DNA of 64,000 bases, taken from assembly GCA_964448095.1 (NCBI GenBank), contig CAYUUT010000001.1, forward strand, positions 105,829 through 169,828, given 5' to 3'. The position numbers were made by a program, and so were the translations under genes. Positions within the stretch are counted from its first letter, which is position 1, and every line of letters begins with the position of its first letter. Below the pieces are notes generated by a model. It did not search any database. It had not been told where the DNA came from and saw only the letters and a program-made list of their open reading frames with translations. This document shows positions 45,997 to 55,518 of the stretch, piece by piece. The DNA is from an uncultured Candidatus Saccharibacteria bacterium. Its GTDB lineage: Bacteria > Patescibacteriota > Saccharimonadia > Saccharimonadales > UBA10212.

Positions 45997-47349
45997 ATGG
46001 GCAATCAGTTATACTTAAGAAGTATGGCTGAAGAGAACATTGACCAGTTGCTGAAGGAAGCCGCTCGAGTCCTAAAACATAATGACCGCGGCCAGTGGAT
46101 TGTGCCGGCCGCCGATTTGTACCCGCATCAGTGGCTGTGGGACAGCTGCTTTATCGCCATTGGTCTGCGCCATCTTGATGTAGGGCGCGCCCAAGTAGAA
46201 CTCAAGAGTCTACTCCGAGGCCAGTGGAGCAACGGCATGCTACCCAACATCATTTTTGTGCCCGATAAAAAGTACCGCCGCGACCGCGAAATTTGGCGCA
46301 GCTATGTCAGCCCGTATGCGCCGGATGATGTAGCCACCACCGGCTTAACCCAGCCGCCGATGCTGGCCGAGGCCGTCGTGCAGGTGGGCAAGAAGCTTAA
46401 AATGCCCGAGCGCCGGAGCTGGTATCAACAGATGTACCCGGCATTGGTCGGCTATCATGAGTGGCTGTACCGTGACCGCGATCCGCACAAAGAGGGTCTA
46501 ATTATTTTGATTCACCCATATGAGTCAGGCCTAGACAGCTCGCCGCCCTGGCTCAGCGAACTGCGCAAACATAACATGCCGCTTTGGATAAAAGCGGTTG
46601 AAAAAGCCCATCTGGACTGGATTGCCAGCGTGGTGCGGCGCGACACGCAACATGTTACGCCCGGCCAACGCATGGGCAACATTGACGCCATGGCTTATTG
46701 GGCCGCTTTGCATCGAATTCGCCGTAAAGCTTACAACTCGGAGGCGATTTTGAGCCGCTCGTTGTTTGCCGTCGAGGATTTGGCGTTCAATTCCATCCTG
46801 ATTCGAGCTAACACCTTGCTGCGCGATATCGCCAAAAATATTAAGCGGGAACTGCCGCCGGAACTGGTCGCCGATATGACCCGGACCGAAAAGGCGCTAG
46901 CTGGATTATGGGATGAAACCACCGGCCAGTATTATTACCGCAGTTTTGTCGGCCATCACTTGATAGAAGAATCAACCGTGGCCACCCTGCTGCCGCTTTA
47001 CGCCGGGACAATCAGCAAAGAGCGCGCCGAACGCCTGGTGGAATTGATGAAAAAATCCAAATGGTTCGGCGCCAGTTGGCCGGTGCCCAGCGTGCCCCTT
47101 AATTCACCCTATTTTGACCCCTTTAAGTACTGGCAGGGACCGACCTGGGTAAATATAAACTGGCTGATAATTGATGGCCTGCGGCGTAACGGTTTTGAGA
47201 TTGAAGCCCGGCAGCTGCGAGAGCGGACACTGCAAATGGTGACTAAAGGCGGGTTCGCCGAATATTTCAACCCACTCACTGGCGAACCCGCCGGCGCCGA
47301 GAACTTCTCCTGGACCGCCGCCCTGACCATCGACCTGCTTAAAACTTAG
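45997..47349 (+). CDS. (alpha/alpha)6-barrel glycoside hydrolase, GH63-like (mannosyl-/glucosylglycerate hydrolase or debranching-enzyme-like)
   Basis: YPHQWLWDSCFIAIGL and a C-terminal GPTWVNINWLIIDGL...AEYFNPLTGE are reminiscent of GH63/MGH-type enzymes. The family assignment is tentative. Confidence 0.5.
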   Translation: MGNQLYLRSMAEENIDQLLKEAARVLKHNDRGQWIVPAADLYPHQWLWDSCFIAIGLRHLDVGRAQVELKSLLRGQWSNGMLPNIIFVPDKKYRRDREIWRSYVSPYAPDDVATTGLTQPPMLAEAVVQVGKKLKMPERRSWYQQMYPALVGYHEWLYRDRDPHKEGLIILIHPYESGLDSSPPWLSELRKHNMPLWIKAVEKAHLDWIASVVRRDTQHVTPGQRMGNIDAMAYWAALHRIRRKAYNSEAILSRSLFAVEDLAFNSILIRANTLLRDIAKNIKRELPPELVADMTRTEKALAGLWDETTGQYYYRSFVGHHLIEESTVATLLPLYAGTISKERAERLVELMKKSKWFGASWPVPSVPLNSPYFDPFKYWQGPTWVNINWLIIDGLRRNGFEIEARQLRERTLQMVTKGGFAEYFNPLTGEPAGAENFSWTAALTIDLLKT

Positions 47350-48416
47350 TCGTCTAGGGTTGGGCGTTCGAGCAAGATTGGTTCAACAGTCGGTTCGGTG
47401 TCGGCGATTTTGACGACGTCCTTATCGATTTTACCGAGTTCTTTGTAGGTAGTGTTGAAGTGGCCAACCGTCGTCCCAAGTGAGTTACCGAGTTTTTGCA
47501 TGTAGCCATTGTGCGCTAGCAAATGCTTGCTAAGCTGCTCGATATTCTTGCGGATTTTTTCGGTGTCTTTATGGATTTCTACGCTGCGCAGCCCCTGCAC
47601 GATAACCTGCAACATGGCGCTCAAGGTGCTGGGCCCGACAATCGTCACCTTTTTATCTTTGGCGGCGTACTGCATTAAGTTGCGGCCGCTGACGCCGGCG
47701 GCGCCAACTTTGTTGGCCAGCAAATCATAATAAATCGCCTCGGACGGGATGAACATTAGCGCCTGGTCCAGCGTGCCATGGTTGGTGTTGATATATTTGG
47801 CAGTCTCGTCGATCCGGCGCTTTAAGTCTTCTTTGAACGCCCGTTCCAGCGCCGGACGTTCGGCTTCCTTGGCGTCGATTAAACGGTTGTAGTTTTCCAG
47901 GCTGAACTTGCTGTCGATGGGCAGCAACTTATCGTCCAGCTTAATTACAGCGTCAACAGTCATTGCCGGCCCCATTTTGTACTGCAGCTCATAGGTGCCG
48001 GGCGGTAGGAGGTTCTTAAGAATTTGGTCCAGATAATATTCACCCAGCACACCACGCTGTTTGGGATTTTGCAGGACGTTTTGCAATGTTTTGAGCTCGG
48101 CTGCCACGTCGCCGACGCTTTTGTTGGTTCTATCCAGTTCGGTCAGTTTTTGGGTTACATCGGCGATAATTTTGGCACTAGCCGTAAACTGAGCCTGCAT
48201 TTGTTTGTTACTGGTGCCCAATTGCTCGGTCAATTGCTTTTGCAGTCCTTGCTGCAAGCTGCCCATGGCCTTAGTTAGCTCGGTCATGTCAGCTTTGAGC
48301 AGCATCGTGGCGTCGGAATCGGTGGAGTCCTTTTTCTTAGGCTGCACTAGAGTCCAAAAAACAAACCCCGCCAGGGCAACAACCAAAACTGCTAAAACAA
48401 TAACCGCCACAATCAT
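47346..48416 (-). CDS. rmuC: DNA recombination protein RmuC
   Basis: N-terminal TM, a long coiled coil and a C-terminal RmuC nuclease-like domain (MFIPSEAIYYDLL). Confidence 0.8.
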   Translation of the reverse strand: MIVAVIVLAVLVVALAGFVFWTLVQPKKKDSTDSDATMLLKADMTELTKAMGSLQQGLQKQLTEQLGTSNKQMQAQFTASAKIIADVTQKLTELDRTNKSVGDVAAELKTLQNVLQNPKQRGVLGEYYLDQILKNLLPPGTYELQYKMGPAMTVDAVIKLDDKLLPIDSKFSLENYNRLIDAKEAERPALERAFKEDLKRRIDETAKYINTNHGTLDQALMFIPSEAIYYDLLANKVGAAGVSGRNLMQYAAKDKKVTIVGPSTLSAMLQVIVQGLRSVEIHKDTEKIRKNIEQLSKHLLAHNGYMQKLGNSLGTTVGHFNTTYKELGKIDKDVVKIADTEPTVEPILLERPTLDD

Positions 48417-48733
48417 ACTTACTAACTACCTTGAGATTTTAATTTATAAAAACATGGGCAAAGAAGCGGTGATCGGCCGCTTCTTTGCGTTGGAGGGTTC
48501 GTGCGTTTCGATAGCTTTCGGCGAGAGTACGCTCTCTTATAACAATTATATGTACCTAGGCGACTTCTAATTTGCCACGAGTTTTCCAAGAACCCAGACC
48601 TCAGATCGTCATATAGTATTGACGGCCAGTGACCTCATGAAATGCAGTTTAACCGTTAGTCGTACCTATCCTATTCCACTTATTGGTCCAGCTTAAATTA
48701 TAACTCGCACTACTTTAACTGAGTGTTGTGATT

Positions 48734-49354
48734 TTAGCTCACTATGTTGACTGTAGTGCCAACGGAGGCCCAGTCGTAGAGCCATTTCATGGCGGCTAAC
48801 GGCATTTCCACGCAGCCGTGGCTGGCGTGCTTGGCAGCGGTGTATGGCGCGTTGATATCAATATTGCCAAAGTCGCTATCGGCCCGGCCGTTGGCACCAT
48901 TGGCGGCCTGAGTCAGGTCGTGAAAACCGTAAGAGCCATATTGGTTATATAAGAATGGCATCCAATAGTTCACGAAGTCGTTCCAGTGGCCGGTACTGTC
49001 CGAGCCGGCCAAAGTCTGGTCAGTCAGTTTGCCGGTGATTTTATAAGTACCCGTTGGGGTCAGGTCTGCCGGATATAATTCCATGCCGGTTATCACCGGG
49101 TTGTTGTAAGCAACTGTTGAGCCATCACAGGCCCACAGATGCTGGGCACTAATACTGACTATAATTTCCTGGTCAGTCGCCCCGGCGCAGTGGCTAGCCA
49201 GTTCAGCCGCGGCTTTTTTAGTTGCGTCAGCTTTAGCAGTGACCGCAGCTTTTTGGGCATCTTGCGTTATTGTCGTCTGATGGTGGCGGTTATAAACAAA
49301 ATAGCCAACCAGTACGACGGCCAAAATGCCAATGAGTAATTTTATTTTGAGCAT
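48734..49354 (-). CDS. L,D-transpeptidase (YkuD family), membrane-anchored
   Basis: Catalytic HGCVEM motif. N-terminal TM. Confidence 0.75.
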   Translation of the reverse strand: MLKIKLLIGILAVVLVGYFVYNRHHQTTITQDAQKAAVTAKADATKKAAAELASHCAGATDQEIIVSISAQHLWACDGSTVAYNNPVITGMELYPADLTPTGTYKITGKLTDQTLAGSDSTGHWNDFVNYWMPFLYNQYGSYGFHDLTQAANGANGRADSDFGNIDINAPYTAAKHASHGCVEMPLAAMKWLYDWASVGTTVNIVS

Positions 49355-49374
49355 GTCCAGCCATTATATCGGAC

Positions 49375-50112
49375 TTATACAAAACGAGTCACTAGGAATA
49401 TGAAGGCTACGCCTAGCAGTGTTAGGCCGAAGGAGTTGCGTGAACTGTTTTTGGAGTGGGCTTGCGGTAATAGGTTGCTGGCCGCCACATATAGAATAAG
49501 CCCGGCAAAAAACGCTAGATAAATTCCCAGAACCTTCTCGCTTAAATTAAACGCCAGGCTTAGCAGGCCACCCACTATCGGCATTAGAACCACTAGCCAC
49601 AGCCAGCCTTTGATCTGGCGTAGTTTGTTTTTATGGAAGACCATAAAAGTGGTGGTATCAAAGCCGTCTGCAAAACGGTGTCCAACTACCGCCAGGGCTA
49701 CAGCCAACCCCACCGATGAGCTGGCTTGAAAAGCTACGCCAATGCTTAGCCCGTCCATAAAACTATGCCCGGTAAGCGCGACTGCCCGTACTGTACCCAG
49801 GCGCGGATGGCGGTGCGGGCCATAGGCTTCTTCGCTCGCTTCGTGCACCGGCACCCAGCGTTCAAACGTGTGGAACAGCAAAAATCCCGTAGTCATAGCT
49901 ATCATCGGATAAACTGAATCTAGGTTGTCGTTTTTAACGATATCGAAAATTTCGGGTAGTAGATCGAACATTACCAAACCCAACACCAGTCCGGCAGTTA
50001 AGGCCAATGCACGGTTTAGCCACTTGCGGCTACGCAGAGCCGTTATACCGCCGGCCAGAGCCGCAATAGACGCGGCAACCGTAAATAAGAAAACTTCCAT
50101 GCGTCCAATCAT
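49375..50112 (-). CDS. zupT: ZIP-family divalent metal (zinc) transporter
   Basis: HSFMDGLSIGVAFQ and HRFADGF motifs. About 8 TM helices. Confidence 0.8.
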   Translation of the reverse strand: MIGRMEVFLFTVAASIAALAGGITALRSRKWLNRALALTAGLVLGLVMFDLLPEIFDIVKNDNLDSVYPMIAMTTGFLLFHTFERWVPVHEASEEAYGPHRHPRLGTVRAVALTGHSFMDGLSIGVAFQASSSVGLAVALAVVGHRFADGFDTTTFMVFHKNKLRQIKGWLWLVVLMPIVGGLLSLAFNLSEKVLGIYLAFFAGLILYVAASNLLPQAHSKNSSRNSFGLTLLGVAFIFLVTRFV

Positions 50113-50128
50113 AATTAAGCTTTATTAT

Positions 50129-50138
50129 ATTTGCAAAT
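50129..50138. promoter_or_regulatory. 10-bp perfect palindrome ATTTGCAAAT in the AT-rich divergent promoter region between the ZIP transporter and the Fur-family regulator; candidate Fur/Zur operator half-sites
   Basis: Palindrome in the 54-bp intergenic region ttatatttgcaaatttgtcgcaatt. Confidence 0.3.
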
Positions 50139-50166
50139 TTGTCGCAATTAACTGTATTATTGATAC

Positions 50167-50583
50167 ATGCATCACGATAACCTTAAGGCAATTTTAAAGA
50201 AAAACGGCTCTAGCCTAACTAAAACCCGGCGGATGGTTTTTGACCTGCTTATAGGTGAGGATCCGCAAAGCATGCAGGTACTTATCAAACGAGCCGGCGA
50301 TAAATTGGATCGGGCGACAATCTACCGCACAATAGATTTATTTGAACAATTGGGTATAGTGCACCGGCTTAACGTCGGTTGGAAATATAAAATCGAACTT
50401 AGTGACTTATTTGTTAGTCACCACCACCACTTTTATTGCACCAACTGCGGAGCGACTTTTAACCTATCGCCCGGGACTATGCTGGAGAAAATGATAGATT
50501 CAACCGCCGCTAAAGAAGGCTTGTCAACCCGTTCGCACCAGCTAGAGATTTACGGCCTGTGCAGCCAGTGCTCTAAACCCTAA
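50167..50583 (+). CDS. zur: Fur-family metalloregulator (likely Zur)
   Basis: Winged-helix N-terminus. C-terminal HHHHFYCTNCG...CSQC metal sites. Divergent from the ZIP transporter. Confidence 0.75.
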   Translation: MHHDNLKAILKKNGSSLTKTRRMVFDLLIGEDPQSMQVLIKRAGDKLDRATIYRTIDLFEQLGIVHRLNVGWKYKIELSDLFVSHHHHFYCTNCGATFNLSPGTMLEKMIDSTAAKEGLSTRSHQLEIYGLCSQCSKP

Positions 50584-52034
50584 ACACCGGCAGTAATATC
50601 GGGTTTAACTTTTTCGTTTTTGACAACCAGCAGCGCAACAACTGCCGCCACCGCGGCCAGGCCGCAGCCTACAAGCAAACCGTCATGGAAGCCACTAACT
50701 TGGGCATGGGCGTACGAAACGCCGGTGGCAATTTGGCTCTTGAATGTCGAGGCGTAAACCGCTGATAGAATTGCCAGGCCAATGGCGCCGCCAATTTGTT
50801 GGCTGGTGTTTAGAATACCCGAAGCAATCCCGGAAAAGTGTTTGGGTACGCCCGAGGTAGCGGCCAAGGTCATCGATATGAATGATAGCCCCATGCCGAA
50901 CGCGCAAAGCGCCAAACCGGGGAAGACGTTGTGCCAATAGTTGCCGCCGACTTCCATGGTGGTGCTGATGGTATAGAGGCCTAGGCTAAGGACTATCGGG
51001 CCGGCAACCAAAAATGGTTTGTAGCCGATTTTATTGACCAGATTTGAAACTACGCCCGAAGTAATTGCGATAATTATGGTTACCGGCAAGAAAGACACGC
51101 CGGCCTTAGCTGGGCCATAACCCAGTACGGTCTGAACGTAAAGGGTCATGAAGAAAAACATAGAAAACAAAGTACAGGCAATGGCCAAAGCCGTGGCGTT
51201 GCCTCCGGCCACGTTTCTGATCCTAAATAACTTGAGCGGTAACAATGGCTGGTCGGTGCGGGATTCGTTGATAACAAACGCTATCAACAGTATGGCGCTG
51301 GCTGCCAAAAAACTTATCACCCTGGAGGAACCCCAACCGTGCTTTGGTGCCTCAGACAAACCGTAGACCAAGGCCATCAAACCGGTTGTGGCCAGTACTG
51401 CTCCCGGTAAATCGAGCTTGAGCTTCTTATTTTCCTCACCGATTTGGTGCGCCAGCAGACGCATCGACGCCAAAACTACGAAAATGCCAACCGGCACATT
51501 CACAAAGAAGTTCCAGCGCCAGCTCAGATACTGAGTTAGAATACCGCCCAAAAGCACGCCAACGGCCGCACCGCCGGCGGCCACGGCTGCCCAAACTCCC
51601 AGTGCGGTATTGCGTTCTTTGCCTTCCCTGAACTCAGATAGCACAATCGATAGGGCCGCCGGCGACATGAAAGCCGCCGCCAAACCCTGAAATGCCCGGG
51701 CGATAATTACTTGGGTATCGGTGGCAGCCATCCCGCACAAAAAGGACATTAGAACAAAGAAGGATACGGCGGCAATAAAGATTTTACGGCGCCCGTAAAG
51801 GTCGGCGGCTCGGCCGCCAAGCAGTAAAAAGCCGCCGAAGGTCAGAGTATAAGCAGTCACCACCCACTGCAATGAACTGGGCGCAAAGTGCAGGTCGCGG
51901 GCCATAGAAGGCAGCGCCACGTTAACAATCGATACGTCCAGTACAACCATGAACTGGGCCAGTGCCAGCAACGCCAAAATCACCCATTTATTTTCCGAAT
52001 GCTTAGATAGTTCTTTTTTGACTTTAGCGACCAT
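50580..52034 (-). CDS. MFS transporter, 14-TMS DHA2 (EmrB/QacA-like) drug:H+ antiporter family
   Basis: MFS motif A GRAADLYGRRK. About 14 predicted helices. The ATG lies one codon inside the track TTG start. Confidence 0.8.
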   Translation of the reverse strand: MVAKVKKELSKHSENKWVILALLALAQFMVVLDVSIVNVALPSMARDLHFAPSSLQWVVTAYTLTFGGFLLLGGRAADLYGRRKIFIAAVSFFVLMSFLCGMAATDTQVIIARAFQGLAAAFMSPAALSIVLSEFREGKERNTALGVWAAVAAGGAAVGVLLGGILTQYLSWRWNFFVNVPVGIFVVLASMRLLAHQIGEENKKLKLDLPGAVLATTGLMALVYGLSEAPKHGWGSSRVISFLAASAILLIAFVINESRTDQPLLPLKLFRIRNVAGGNATALAIACTLFSMFFFMTLYVQTVLGYGPAKAGVSFLPVTIIIAITSGVVSNLVNKIGYKPFLVAGPIVLSLGLYTISTTMEVGGNYWHNVFPGLALCAFGMGLSFISMTLAATSGVPKHFSGIASGILNTSQQIGGAIGLAILSAVYASTFKSQIATGVSYAHAQVSGFHDGLLVGCGLAAVAAVVALLVVKNEKVKPDITAGV

Positions 52035-52136
52035 CAAACCTCCCTAATTTAGACTTACAACTATCATAACTAAGTTAGAGTCAGCCACCAAATCAAAACT
52101 TACTTTAGACTGAAAAATCGGCTAAACTAAAGCGTG

Positions 52137-53318
52137 ATGGACGATCCTAAGAAAAAAGTATTAATTCTAGGTGGTGGCTTTGCCGGCATTAAAGCCGCGC
52201 TAGAGCTATCCAGAGACCTCGATTTTGAAGTCACACTGCTGTCTGACCAGTCCAGTTTCCGCTACTATCCTACGCTGTTTCACGCCGCTACCGGCGGCAA
52301 AATGTCTGCTTCGTCGATAGCGTTGGATGAAATCTTTGAAGGCAAGCCGGTAAAAATAGTTAAGGGTAGCGCTAAGTCTTTGGACGGCTCAGCTAAAAAA
52401 GTCAGCTCTGCTGGCGGCAAGGTTTACGATTACGACATTTTGATTGTCGCTCTGGGCGTGATTACTAATTATTTTGGTATCAAAGGTCTGGAAAAATACG
52501 CCTACGGTATTAAGACTCAGGACGAGGCCAGCAGACTGCGTGACCATATTCACAGGCAAATAGTCGACGACAAAAAACCGGACGTTAACTATGTGGTGAT
52601 TGGTGGTGGTCCGACCGGCGTGGAGTTGGCCGGAGCCCTGCCAACTTATATAAAGCATGTGATGCAGCGCCACAATTTGCCAGACACCCGTTTGCACATA
52701 GATTTGGTCGAAGCCGCTCCGCGGCTGATGGCCCGTATGCCCGGCAGCTATTCTTATGCCGCGCAAAAGCATCTGCGCAAACTGGGTATTAAACTCTACC
52801 TGGGCCAAACCGTAGAGGCCGAGACAGTGGACGGGCTGACGGTCAGCGGCCATTCAATCGATAGCCATACGGTCATTTGGACTGCCGGCGTCACCAACCA
52901 CCCCTTTTTGAAAGACAACAATTTTGTGCTGGATAACCATGGTAAAGCGGTGGTGGATGAATTTTTGCAAAGTGAGCATGATATTTACGTGATTGGCGAT
53001 AATGCCTCGACCCAGTATTCAGGTATGGCCCAGACCGCGCTGTATGACGCCAGTTTTGTAGCCGCGAATATCAAACGCCTGGCGGCGGGCAAAAATCCAA
53101 AAGCTTACAAGCCCAAACGACCGGTCTACGTAACGCCGGCCGGACCGCGCTGGGCAGCTGTACAGTGGGGCGGCCTGCACCTTTACGGCTGGATTGGCTG
53201 GGCGCTGCGCAGCGCCGCCGATTTAATGGGCTTTCACGATTACGAGCCCTGGTGGAAGGCCTCACAGCTATGGCTGGACGAAAACGAAGAAGAAAAGATC
53301 TGCACTATTTGCTCTTAG
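52137..53318 (+). CDS. ndh: Type II NADH:quinone oxidoreductase (NDH-2)
   Basis: Two dinucleotide folds: VLILGGGFAGIKAA and VVIGGGPTGVELAGAL. Confidence 0.75.
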   Translation: MDDPKKKVLILGGGFAGIKAALELSRDLDFEVTLLSDQSSFRYYPTLFHAATGGKMSASSIALDEIFEGKPVKIVKGSAKSLDGSAKKVSSAGGKVYDYDILIVALGVITNYFGIKGLEKYAYGIKTQDEASRLRDHIHRQIVDDKKPDVNYVVIGGGPTGVELAGALPTYIKHVMQRHNLPDTRLHIDLVEAAPRLMARMPGSYSYAAQKHLRKLGIKLYLGQTVEAETVDGLTVSGHSIDSHTVIWTAGVTNHPFLKDNNFVLDNHGKAVVDEFLQSEHDIYVIGDNASTQYSGMAQTALYDASFVAANIKRLAAGKNPKAYKPKRPVYVTPAGPRWAAVQWGGLHLYGWIGWALRSAADLMGFHDYEPWWKASQLWLDENEEEKICTICS

Positions 53319-53359
53319 CCGGTTCTCAGCTTGGCGTGCTGATATGATTTAGGTAAGTT

Positions 53360-54856
53360 ATGAATACTTTAGCGAAATTCTACCAGCGGCCAATGGATAT
53401 GATTGATGGGCTGCTCGATGGCCTGACGTCTTACAGACTGCTGCTGTATTTTCTTATAACGCTCCTGGGCTGGGCGACGCTAATTAGTTTTGACCATAAA
53501 TTACCCTATAACTGGCATGCGATTCTGTTGTCGGCGCTATTACTCGTAGTTGTTTGCCGGGCTTTTGGCGAGTTATTCGCCCGGGTTTTAAATATCCCCC
53601 GAAACTTTGAGTCAGATTACATCACGGCTTTGATTTTAGCTCTGATTTTGTCACCGACTACTGGCCGTGTCGGCTTCGCGGTGTTAGCTGGCGCCGGTTT
53701 TGCGGCTATCGCTTCAAAATATCTGTTGATAATCCATCGGCAGCACATTTTTAATCCGGCAGCTTTTGGCGCAGCAGTAGCCGGTATTTTATTCCATCAG
53801 TATGCCAGTTGGTGGGTTGGCACGGCCTCGCTTGCCCCGCTGGTGTTAGTTGGCGGCCTTCTAATAATGCGTAAAATGAAGCGTTTTTGGATGATAACTA
53901 TTTTTACGTTGGTCTATGGTGTGTTTTTACACCAACAATTTGACGGCGCTCCGCCGCTGCACACTATCTGGCTGGCAGCCTCCGCTACCGGTGTGATGTT
54001 CTTCGCGTTTGTTATGTTAACCGAACCACTGACTTCGCCCGACGCGTTTAGCAAATATCTGCCCTACAGTATTCTGGTCGGAGTATTGTACAGCGTAACT
54101 AAATTGCGTCTCAGCCCCGAAGAGGCTTTGCTGATTGGCAATGCCTTCGCCTACGCGCTAGTGCGCGGCAAACGCTTGCAACTTTATGCTAGCAACGCAG
54201 TCAAAGAGGCTGAAGGCATTTACAGCTTTAGCTTCGAATATCATGGCCTGTTCGATTTCAATCCTGGACAATATATGGAATGGACCCTGCCGCTGCGTCA
54301 CAGCGACAGCCGCGGCAACCGCCGCTATTTCACATTGTCATCTTCACCTACCGAGCACCAGCTGGCGTTCACTGTCCGGATACCCAAAGACTCCAGCCAC
54401 TTCAAACAGGCCCTAAAGAGCTTCCAGCCGAATGACAAAATGTTGGCCTCACATCTTGGCGGTTCATTCTTGCTGCCTAAAAACCAGCAACAAAAGTTGG
54501 CGTTTGTTGCTGGCGGCATCGGCGTCACGCCATTCCGCTCAATGATTAAATACCTAATAGATAAACGCCAGGAACGCGACGTTAGTCTGATTTACGCGGC
54601 CAATAAAGAAAGTGAGTTCGCCTTTACGGAGATTTTTGCCCAGGCAAAAAATATTGGCCTCAAGACTAACTACTTGTTGACTGCTCGGCAGCCGCTGCGG
54701 GCACCGGACATCACCGCCGCCATTCCGGATTATCATGAAAGGCTGTTTTATTTGTCCGGGCCTTACGGCTTTGTAAAATCTGCCAGAGAGTCGTTGCTAG
54801 GGGTCGGCGTTAGCGTGAAAAATATCAAATCAGACTACTTCCCGGGCTACAATTAG
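53360..54856 (+). CDS. Fusion protein: N-terminal NqrB/RnfD-like polytopic membrane domain + C-terminal NqrF/FNR-like FAD/NAD(P)H oxidoreductase domain
   Basis: YITALILALILSPTTG and HIFNPAAFGAAVAGILF match the RnfD/NqrB signatures (SALLTGLLLA...PP, NPFNPAM). MLTEPLTSP resembles the RnfD flavinylation motif (LTDPVTAST). The C-terminus carries RRYFTLSSSP (the RxYS FAD site) and GGIGVTPF (the NAD site). Confidence 0.6.
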   Translation: MNTLAKFYQRPMDMIDGLLDGLTSYRLLLYFLITLLGWATLISFDHKLPYNWHAILLSALLLVVVCRAFGELFARVLNIPRNFESDYITALILALILSPTTGRVGFAVLAGAGFAAIASKYLLIIHRQHIFNPAAFGAAVAGILFHQYASWWVGTASLAPLVLVGGLLIMRKMKRFWMITIFTLVYGVFLHQQFDGAPPLHTIWLAASATGVMFFAFVMLTEPLTSPDAFSKYLPYSILVGVLYSVTKLRLSPEEALLIGNAFAYALVRGKRLQLYASNAVKEAEGIYSFSFEYHGLFDFNPGQYMEWTLPLRHSDSRGNRRYFTLSSSPTEHQLAFTVRIPKDSSHFKQALKSFQPNDKMLASHLGGSFLLPKNQQQKLAFVAGGIGVTPFRSMIKYLIDKRQERDVSLIYAANKESEFAFTEIFAQAKNIGLKTNYLLTARQPLRAPDITAAIPDYHERLFYLSGPYGFVKSARESLLGVGVSVKNIKSDYFPGYN

Positions 54857-55513
54857 CGCCCGATAATCCTTCTGCTTTTTCATGAAATTCTCGGCCCTCA
54901 AACCCATGGCAAAACAAGCCGTGGCCAGCGCATCAGCCGTGATAATATCCGGGCCAACGACTGTCACACTTAATAGTTCATCAGCCGGCCGGCCGGTCTT
55001 TGGATTGATGATGTGCTGGCCACGTTCGTAGTTGCCGCTGGTAGCAACCGCTCCGGAAAAAATACTTAACTTGTTAAGTATTTTTTTACTATCGGTTGGA
55101 TCCTGAATGCCTATCTTCCACTCTTTGTTGCCGTCGCTTCTGGCCAGAATATCGCCGCCAATACTCATGCAAAATGTCTTAATTCCTTTTTTGTCCAGAA
55201 GCTTCCCTGCCTCAGCGATGGCCCAACCTTTGACATAGCCGGTTGGATCAAATTTGCCGGAAAAATAAGCCGAGAAATATCCATCCGTCAGTCTTTCGAA
55301 CTTGGTGCAGGCTTTTTTAATGGTTGCCATTTCCTCGCTCAAACCAACTTCTCCCCGCTGATACCTCGCCAGCTCGCTATTTTTTTTGTAAGAGCTAAAG
55401 CGTTCGTCAATTTTTCTTAATAATTTAAAGACTTCTTCGAATATGGCTTCATCCTTAGCCGCGGGGACGTCCAGGCTCACTCCTGTCCCCATAATAACTC
55501 GGTTGCGACGCAT
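54830..55513 (-). CDS. apbE: FAD:protein FMN transferase (ApbE family), short form lacking a signal peptide
   Basis: IMGTGVSL N-terminal motif, FDPTGYVKGWA, SIGGDI and AVATSGNYERGQHIINPKTG. Convergent with, and overlapping the 3' end of, the NqrB-FNR fusion gene. Confidence 0.75.
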   Translation of the reverse strand: MRRNRVIMGTGVSLDVPAAKDEAIFEEVFKLLRKIDERFSSYKKNSELARYQRGEVGLSEEMATIKKACTKFERLTDGYFSAYFSGKFDPTGYVKGWAIAEAGKLLDKKGIKTFCMSIGGDILARSDGNKEWKIGIQDPTDSKKILNKLSIFSGAVATSGNYERGQHIINPKTGRPADELLSVTVVGPDIITADALATACFAMGLRAENFMKKQKDYRALIVAREVV

Positions 55514-55518
55514 AAGTT

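Noticed and set aside
48485-48510. GGGTTCGTGCGTTTCGA resembling a tRNA T-arm
   Set aside because: Position 58 is not A, there is no 5-bp T-stem/7-nt loop, and no acceptor or anticodon arms can be drawn. No tRNA was found here or elsewhere in the window.
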